A stretch of 64,000 bases of DNA from Trichosphaerium sp. ATCC 40318 (lineage: Eukaryota > Protista > Tubulinea): NCBI GenBank assembly GCA_038496445.1, contig JALMLS010000062.1, positions 62,001-126,000 on the forward strand, written 5' to 3'. The notes beneath the pieces are model-generated. The model saw nothing but the letters and a program-made list of their open reading frames with translations. It ran no database searches and was not told the origin of the DNA. The translations under genes and the position numbers were made by a program. This document shows, piece after piece, positions 53,419-64,000 of the stretch (the stretch's first letter is position 1; each line of letters begins with the position of its first letter).

Positions 53419-53899
53419 TGTAGATAAAAGCAATTGAATCAAACCAAAGCGGAAAACTCAGAAAAAAAAAGCAAGTACAATCAGTTTTCGCTGTGAATCG
53501 TAGTACGCTTTGTAGAAGTTGAGATTACAGTAAGAGAAATTTGAAGAAATCCGGGTAAATGCCTTGCCGAGAAGAAAACTCACTCCTTTTCGTGTATTTT
53601 TTGAATGAAAGAAGAAAGACAATTTGCTGGTTTTTCGATTCGCAAATGACGCCATAGTGAAAAAGTAGCACTGTGAGCTTTCAACAACAAAGATTTGCGT
53701 GCTGGTGACCATAAAACAGAGGCACCTAGTCCACACTGCTTGCCTAGGCAAAACCGAGGACTTTTGAAGCTTTAATACAGATGGACTTCAAGCTTATAGT
53801 AAAAATCTTACTTCTGTAATCAAAATACTCGTGTTTACTCTGTGCAAGATATACAATTCTTATCAACAATAATACAGGTTTCAACAAGAATAATATATT

Positions 53900-55870
53900 C
53901 ATGTCACTTGCTACTCAGTCGCCCTTTTTAAACAGTAAGAAGAGTTGAAAAAAAATTGTTTGTTATATCTTCTTGCCTCATACTCACGTTTGTTAGTTCT
54001 TCCATATCACTGTAACCATTTGTCGCTTCACTACCACTCACACCATCACTATCCATATCGCTTTGTTCCAAAGAAAATCCTTCGGATTCAGATAATCGAT
54101 CTGAAAGCTTATCAATTTCATTTGGCGATAGCTTTTCTGACGCTGCTTTTCTTTTTCTCTTCTTCCTTGACCTTGATTTTGTTTTTTTACCAAATCCTCT
54201 ATGTTTTGCGCTAACAGAAGATCTACTTGTTAACACACGTACACGAGTATCAACACTGAGCACTATAGTAAAATAAATCAGAATTCAATCCAAAAAAATC
54301 ACGTGACAAAACCAACCTCGTGAATGCATGCTTAGTGTATTTCCCTAGTTTAACACTCAGTTAGTACACAAATGAGTGATGAATAAAAAACTATAGACTC
54401 ATATTCTTGTACCCCAGGCATTGATATCCGAGAACTTCTCGGTCGATTTTTAGCGCCAGGAAGCTCCTGTTTAACAAAAGTAAGTTGAATATTAAATGCA
54501 GAATTATATTTATTACAGCTTCGCCAAGGAGTAGAGAGTGTTGTACTGTTTCTGCTTTTCCGTTTTCTAGTGCTTTTGTTAATATTCCAATAAGACGTTT
54601 TTTTTCTTTCACGTGCTCTTTAAACTTGTTTTCATTTTTGACTTTATTTCCGGAGCTAATCCTGGTATTGGTGGAAGACTGATCATCTTGAGAGAGCTGT
54701 TTTGGTCTACGAGAGGTCATTGGAGATATCATATACAAGAGTTTTAGTAGTAGGTAAGTTACCTAAGGCTTCTTGAAGAGATTGGACACCAACCTATTTG
54801 TCATATTACATAAATGAACTAGAAAAAAACCCAACTTGACAGCGTACAGCAGAAGGCTTATTATTGTGCATAAATAAAACGCTAAGAGATGTGTTTGTAT
54901 GAAGCATTGACGATAGTCTTAATAAACCCTGTTGTGAAAGATAAGAAGCTTCATCCCAAAAAAAAAAAACGAAATTAAATTGTCCATCTTTGTTGAGCGC
55001 GTACGTCATCTGTAATTCCGTTATAACTATTCGAAATAGTGAGTTGTTATATTTAACAATAGATTATTTATTACCTCAAGTCTAGCACTTCAATACTCTT
55101 ATTGCCTTCCAAACAAGCGGCAACAATATCGACACCTAAAAAAAGAATTATTGGCTCAAAATATACTAGCGCCGATTTCTCACCTTCATCACCCATGCTA
55201 TTACCTCCAAGGTCTGCGTATTATTATCAGTATATGCTATTTATTCAGGAAAACCTTACCTAGTACGCGTATTGCGCTCTTTCCTTTCAGTGCATCACAT
55301 ACAGCTTTTAAATGTGTTGTAGAGATAGCCGTACAGCCAAGATTTATTTCTAAAGCGGAATCACGTGATGATCCACAAACAAGTGGGATATTGCTTTACT
55401 CACCCGTCAGAGACTTTGAAGAACGTATAGTATTGCATAAATGATCAACTGAACAAAAGTTAACGCTTGAAACACAAAGGATCCAATCACTTTAGGTTTC
55501 TACTGTCTTTTTTTTTTCGACGTTTTAAGCATAGACCATCACGTGGGTACGGTATTTATAAGTGAAATTTTAAATTCTAACTGTATATAACGTACCAGTT
55601 AGTGCTGATAGCGTAGACCAGCTCAGGTCTAGTGTGAGTGCTGCGGAGATGGATTAAGCCTAATTATTTAGAGGATAAATTACCTCGTCTCATGGCCATT
55701 CTATTTACCAAATACAAGCGCAACCAAAGTCCGGAATCAATCTATAACCTGCACCCAGTACCTCGCACTAAATAGGTGAGCATTAAGTCATACAGCTCAG
55801 AAGATAGTGGTGGCTTATGCGAGTGCTTACGAGCTACTCACAGTCTCGCAAAACTAGCTACAAAATTCAT
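53900..55870 (-). CDS. RNI-like LRR protein with charged C-terminal tail, multi-exon; both ends uncertain
   Basis: LTLDLSWSTL, INLGCTAI, VAACLEGNKSIEVLDL, LSSMLHTNTSLSVLFMHNN. Confidence 0.55.
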
Positions 55871-56141
55871 CTAAAACGTTTTATGGAAAGGGTAAACACG
55901 TGCCCAAGTGTATTGCGTCTAACAGGTGTACACGTATTTGTCTAAACAAACTAGGCGCTTTACGTCAAGCCAAACAATAAACTTGCGTAAATCATTCAGC
56001 TAGTAAGCAATGACGTAAGTTTTCTGGTTTATTAATAGCACCGCCTTGTATGTAGCTAAACACGAAGGCATTGTACTGTAACGACATGCCTGAAGCAATT
56101 CGTCCTTAACAACGTTTTTTTTTAATTTGTACGGCAACCAA

Positions 56142-57423
<1,282 letters not shown>

Positions 57424-58467
57424 TGTGCAAGGACAACTACAGCATCATTAGTATCGAGACACTGCATCGGCTTTCGCAACAATACAGCCTTTTGCATAGC
57501 ACCAAATTACAATGGACTTAACTTGGCTATCTGGGTATTAATATGTGACTCACTGTTACCAGTAACGTGCCAATCATTATCACAAGTACTTGATGTGATG
57601 TGTTCAAGTAAATTGTAGAATGATTGAGCGTGGCTTTAAATAAAAGGAAAGCTAAGTTCCCATAACAGTGTAACTAACATCATGTCTCTTGACCTCACCC
57701 ACAACCGTTGTTACCTGTTTTCGGTACAGCATAACCGCTACTATACGCACACGATCGTTACATGATTTTCAATGAATGTAATCGAAACTATTGGAAGTGA
57801 ACGATTTTTTTGGTCTCAAGTTTCGTAATCAATCACTTTTGAAAAAAAAACCAAAAGACATGCTTTGCACAACTGCCCCACGTTATGCGCTCTAGGTCAA
57901 CTACAATGTTCTCATGCACTTAGGGCCAGTAAAGTGCTAACAAATATAGTTGAATGTCTTTGGATTGGCCTATGTCCTTGTTTTTGTTCGAATGGCTTCG
58001 AGACCGGATGCGCCGGCAGAAGAGGAGAGACCGCTCCAACTCCCACCTTTGATGAGTTGCAAAGATTCTTTTAAACCGAGTTTTCTAGCTTGTAAAAAAA
58101 AAGTGGTTTTGTTACATACGCTTATAAGGTATCGTAGTGCGCGACAATATCGTTTTGAGGTCACTACGTTTGTCGTTGAGCAAATTGTCAATCACGTTTT
58201 GATTGAAAACTGTTTTGAAACTTTTTTCGCTCAAAGCGTTTGGTGATAAAACAAACTCGAGCAAGACCACACGGTGATAAAGCTATATCCAGCGTATACC
58301 GTCGCACAACGCTCAAGAGTTTTTACAAATAAGAATTGAAACAAAGAAAAAAGACGCGTTTAGGACTTGACTGGAGTAGAAATAACAAAAACAAAAAAAA
58401 AATTTACGAACAAGTAGAAGAATACAAGTTTTATTTGACAGGTTGGCGATTTTAGCCGGAAAATTAT

Positions 58468-59645
<1,178 letters not shown>

Positions 59646-60198
59646 TCATTTCACTGAACTTGGCTGAAATTTAAACATTTTTCAAACCTTGAACTCTGTT
59701 AGTGGAACGCAATTACTTGTGAATCGATTGAGAGGCGACTAGAGGTGATTTTACGAGCGTTTCTAATGTTTAAGTAAACATCTCTGCAAAGCAATCTATT
59801 TGTCGTCAAAGGCACTTACTCAATGACTGCGCTAAGTGGCGGAGTTGTTTGCAGAACCTAGATGCTTCATATCGAAGTAATAGCTGTATACTCTAATGTT
59901 CTTTTGCGTCAACTATCAAGTTTATTGAAAAAAGCCGCATTTCTGCGGATATTGTAATTACCTACCCAATATTTTAGCTACAGATACTTTTACTTGCCTT
60001 CAAACTATGCAAGCAGTCATCTTAAGTAGTGGACAACAATGTGTTGTCGAAAATTGAGATTATCTTTTCAGTGTTAATCCTGGTTTTTCAGGCCACCAAC
60101 ATTCTGTCAAAGTTAGTGTGCTCGTACTTTACAAAACGTGCGTGCTTGACAAACAACTTGGGCGATAACGATGGAGAAAAATTGTTTTTTGTTTGTCA

Positions 60199-63190
60199 TT
60201 ATTTTACATGTAGGTGGTACGAATAATCATCAACTTCTTTGAACTCTTGTTCCGTCTTTTTCTTATTATTGCGTAAGCAACCAACCCAATGACAGCAACA
60301 ACAATTATTATTCCAATGACTAAAGCACCGATATGAATAGGCTTCAGTGTTCGTGCTGGAGCTTCTAAAAAAACCCAACATTTGCCACAAAAATAGAGTG
60401 AAAAAAACTAAGTCTGACGTACTGTCTGCTTTGTATTCTGGAACGTCTTGTGTAGCAGAAATAGCAACGCCAACTTCTTGTTTATCTTGAGGATAGTATT
60501 GGTATGCTAATGTGTATTGACCTATGTTCTTTGTGCAACTAGATTTAACTACAACGACATTACCATGTTGTAGTTTTTCTGCAAACAAAGTGCTAGTGGA
60601 TACTCGGCCAAGAAGAACGAAAAAGCTGTTTCTTCTTAGCGTACCCTTCCTAATTAGGTCCCAACACGTACTTTCTCACTTTATTTTGTTCCCGAAGCTC
60701 ATCGTATGGTAAATATAGTGTAATAGAATGTTGTAAAAGTTTATACTGCGGAACAAGTGTGCTACTGATGGAAAAATTTCCACTAACTCAAGACTATAAG
60801 TATCAAAACTGAGGGTTAACACTAAAATGGGTGCCAAAACAAAGTTCAGTATGGGTTGTTTCAAAGGGATTTATTGTGTCAATATATTGTTAAGATATAC
60901 GCCATAATACAGTATAGAAGCATCGCTAAGCCACTTAGAAATACCTTGCTTTGTGGCAGATGTATTCCGTAGACATACCATATTAACACCTTCTAACACT
61001 TTGATACCATCATCTGTAATGGCGTTGCAGTCGTCAAGGTTAATCATATAGGCTCCACCAAGTGATTTAATACCTTCATCTGTTACTGAAGTGTTGACAA
61101 GGTCAATAGTGTGGACACCACAAAGTGCATTGACGTTAGTTATTTGATTACAGTAACTAAGGCATATGTCATGAACGCCAGAAAGAAACTTGATGCCTTT
61201 GTCTGTGATAGCGTCACAGCAAGCAAGCTTAATGGTATGAACACCAGAAAGCGCTTGTAATCCTTTATCAGTTATACCTTCACAGTAACTGAGATTGATG
61301 GTATGAACACCAGAAAGCGCTTGTACACCTTTGTCTGTTACTAGAGTTCTGTACAAGTTAATTTCATGAACACCAGAAAGTGCTTGTAATCCTTTATCAG
61401 TTATAGGAGTGTTGTTCAGGCTAATAGTATGAACTCCAGAAAGGGATTTGATGCCTTCATCTGTAATTGTTTCGCAGGAGGCAAGTTGAATTGTATGAAC
61501 ACCTGAAAGTGCGTGCAATCCTTCATCAGTTATGGGAGTGGCAATCAAGTTAATGTTATGAACACCAGAGAGGGACTTGATACCTTCATCTGTAATTCCT
61601 TGACAATAACTAACATTGATGGTATGAACACCAGAAAGCCCTTTTAAGCCTTTGTCAGTTACATAAGTGCCTTCTAAGTTAATTTTATGAACGCCTGAGA
61701 GTGACTTGATGCCTTTGTCTGTGATAGCTCTGCAGTTCTCAAGGTCGATGGTGTGAACACCTGACAGTGCTCGTAAGCCGTTATCAGATATAGGAGTGTT
61801 GTTCAGGCTAATAGTATGGACTCCAGAAAGGGATTTGATGCCTTCATCTGTAATTGTTTTACAGAAGTCAAGACAAACGGTATGAATACCTTTGAGTGCT
61901 TTTACTCCCTTTTCTGTGACACCGCATAAAGTGAGGTCAACGGCATGAACACCAGAAAGTGCTTGGAAAGCTTCACCTGTAACAGAAGTGCCACAAAGCC
62001 TAAGAATATGAGCGCCTTGTAATGCTTTGATGCCTTCATCTGTTACTGAAGTGGTGGAAAGGCTAATAGTATGAACGCCTGAAAGTAGTTTTATAGCTTC
62101 ATCACTGATATTACAGCGGTCAAGCTTAATGGTATGAACACCAGTCAGTGATTTGACACCTTCATCAGTTACTGAAGTGCCGCTAAGGTTAATGGTATGA
62201 ACACCAGCCAGTGCTTTGACACCTTCATCTCTAATGTGTTGACAATCCGAAAGATCAATATTATGAACACCAGAAAGCGCTTGTAAGCCTTCATCTGTGA
62301 TATTCTTACAGTGCTTAAGGTTAATGGTGTGAACACCAGAAAGCAATTTAACACCTTCATCTGTGATAGTCATACAGTGCTCAAGGTTAATGGTATGAAC
62401 ACCTGAAAGTGATTTCATGCTTTCATCTGTAATGCTCACGCAATAAGAAAGATCAACGTTCTGAACACCAGATATTTCTTTGAGAATTATATCAGCGTGC
62501 TTGCCCCTTATTTTGATTTTTGTAGATTGTACACCGCAACTATGTCTTACGAGCGCTTTTGCCTGGTCGACAGTACGCAAGGTAACGCTTTCGTATCCAA
62601 TAACATCATGAATAATAGAAGCAAGCGCATTGCATGTTTGACAAGCTGCAAATCGCGCTTTTGTAGTTTTCCGTAGAATAAAAGCTAGAATCTCCGTAGG
62701 CAAGTCCAAAACGCATGTTTGTGCGCTAATATGATGTTTAGCGCACTAATTAGAGTATTAAAGCGTTTACGTACCTTGGTACGTTAGTTTTAGAGGCTAT
62801 CGACATCGTAATCAATAAATCTTTTGTTTTACCGGAGTTTGTTTTTATTTCGAAATAAAAGTCAGCTAATTTCGTGTTATTTTGTCCATGCATTTTGCGT
62901 GTCAAAAGTGAGATACATACAGCACTTTATATTGCTACAAGTTCATTGAGGATGAGCCCAAAACACCGGTTCTGTTCGGTCATTACAGTAGGTACAGAAT
63001 TATCAACATTACTGTCAACCAAGAACTCCAGGATCATTGCTAAAAGCAGACCTTTGCCCGGTGTTATTGTAGGTACAGAATGCGTGCCAATTAGTTTGAA
63101 GTGCGTTAGTTGACAAGTTGAAGGTGAAAGCAAAAGCAAGGTAATGCTAATAGGAAACCTCTAAACCAGTAGCTACTACATCTCCCACTA
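60199..63190 (-). pseudogene. Decayed type I membrane glycoprotein gene whose intron (about 60783-62774) contains the F-box/LRR ORF
   Basis: Phase-compatible exons on both sides of the LRR ORF: HYLAFAFTFNLS..FCTYNNTGQS|NVDNS..LNE(frameshift)TCSNIKCS|DFYFEIKT..MSIASKTNVPS|GNFSISSTLVPQY..|TLFAEKLQ..|..GALVIGIIIVVAVIGLVAYAIIRKRR. No start or signal-peptide exon was found. Confidence 0.55.
60871..62806 (-). CDS. F-box plus about 24 'SGVHTI-L' LRRs; short first exon (62775-62806) and one 1.86-kb exon (60871-62725)
   Basis: The long ORF has no ATG of its own before the F-box. ATG 62806 MSIASKTNVP-AG|GTACGT joins in frame through the 49-nt intron 62726-62774 to AQTCVLDLPTEILAFIL. Confidence 0.88.
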
Positions 63191-63242
63191 TATCGCAAAC
63201 ACGACGTCAGAGTATATTTACAAATTCTTTATTAATAAACAA

Positions 63243-64000
63243 TTACTGTGGTAGTGCCATAGTATGTATATCAGAGTAGAATGACGTTGGCGTGTATGGA
63301 ATACCAGCACCCATAGAAACGAGTACTTGCCGTCTACCAATCTTGCACATTGCATGGAAGAATCTAGGACCAGGTGGAGCACCTCCTTGCTTTACACGAT
63401 GCATTTTTCCACGTGCTATTTTACAACAATAAGTTTCAAAAAAAAAGAGACTCGTTAAAACAAGAGGTTAACGTACAGACATCAAAGATGAATAACTCCT
63501 TAGAAATAACTCCAGATAAAGCACCACCATAAGTGAATATCCTTGGGTAGTCATCACTTGGAAGCACATCTGCAGTATGCCACTAAAACATATAAGATTA
63601 AATTACTTTTCTTTGAAATTGGTTTAAAAATTTTGACTAAACAAACACGTACAGCCATGCCATGGAAGAACGGAGGAAATTGGAAAGGTATTTTCTCCCA
63701 AGACATACTATCTAATCTCAAACAGAACACTTCCTTTGAGAAATGTTCCATGCCATTCTCAGAAGAGTAACCGCCAATGAAAAACACTTTGTTTCCAATA
63801 ACAGTAGCAGAAGCTCCATCTCTTGCCGAAGGACCTTCATTCGTTGTCTTAACATTTGACCACGTGCCAGTAGCTAATCAAAATAACGTTAGTAACCTAT
63901 TGTCCCTATCAAACACTAGTATATACGTACTTGTATCCAAGCAAAGCAAGTCATCAAAGAAGTCTTCTGGAACAATTGTCGAACCACCAAAGATATAAAT
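63243..64000 (-). CDS. Kelch-repeat protein, 3' part, multi-exon
   Basis: YIFGGST, GPSARDGASATVIGNKVFFIGG, FFHGMA, IFTYGG, PGPRFFHAMC; stop TAA 63243-63245. Confidence 0.85.

Noticed and set aside
60783-62774. Target-site duplication, poly(A) tail or transposase around the nested LRR gene
   Set aside because: None is visible, so the insertion mechanism cannot be assigned and no mobile element is called.
63139-63181. ATG TAG TAG...TAG in frame with ORF 62927-63139, suggesting RIP-like CpA-to-TpA mutation or TAR=Gln
   Set aside because: A different frame gives the more coherent, splice-phase-compatible protein, so these stops are probably off-frame coincidence.

Overview
Gene-dense, AT-rich (about 35% GC by eye) nuclear DNA of a microbial eukaryote, probably a free-living amoeboid or phagotrophic protist (lineage not determinable from this window). 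Conserved genes are broken by many short introns (typically 40-60 nt), so the supplied ORF track shows only exon fragments. I rebuilt gene models by hand, so their outer coordinates are approximate. Recognisable spliced genes: a Crinkler-like PD-(D/E)xK nuclease protein (truncated by the window start), APH1, bystin/ENP1, DTD1, an ammonium transporter, a C2-domain TKL kinase, a C-type lectin, a TMEM198/DUF4203 protein, GCN1 (about 11 kb), an OGFr-domain protein, RPAP3, a secreted GDPH/VWD-like protein, a P-loop ATPase, a haloalkane dehalogenase, an RNI-like LRR protein, a STE20-like pseudokinase, tetra-ubiquitin and a Kelch protein. Between them sit (nearly) intron-free accessory genes: three F-box proteins with hypervariable 'GVHTI-L' LRRs, one F-box/MORN-variant protein, a bacterial-type 104-aa protein and a kinase-like orphan. 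Most notable observations: (1) this F-box plus hypervariable-repeat family, one member of which lies inside an intron of a decayed membrane-glycoprotein gene and appears to borrow its start exon; (2) an atypical initiator-like tRNA-Met(CAT) gene inside a GCN1 intron; (3) strong enrichment of CACGTG near gene starts, gene ends and in introns; (4) a GTACGT/GCACGT donor and AAG/GAG acceptor splicing dialect.
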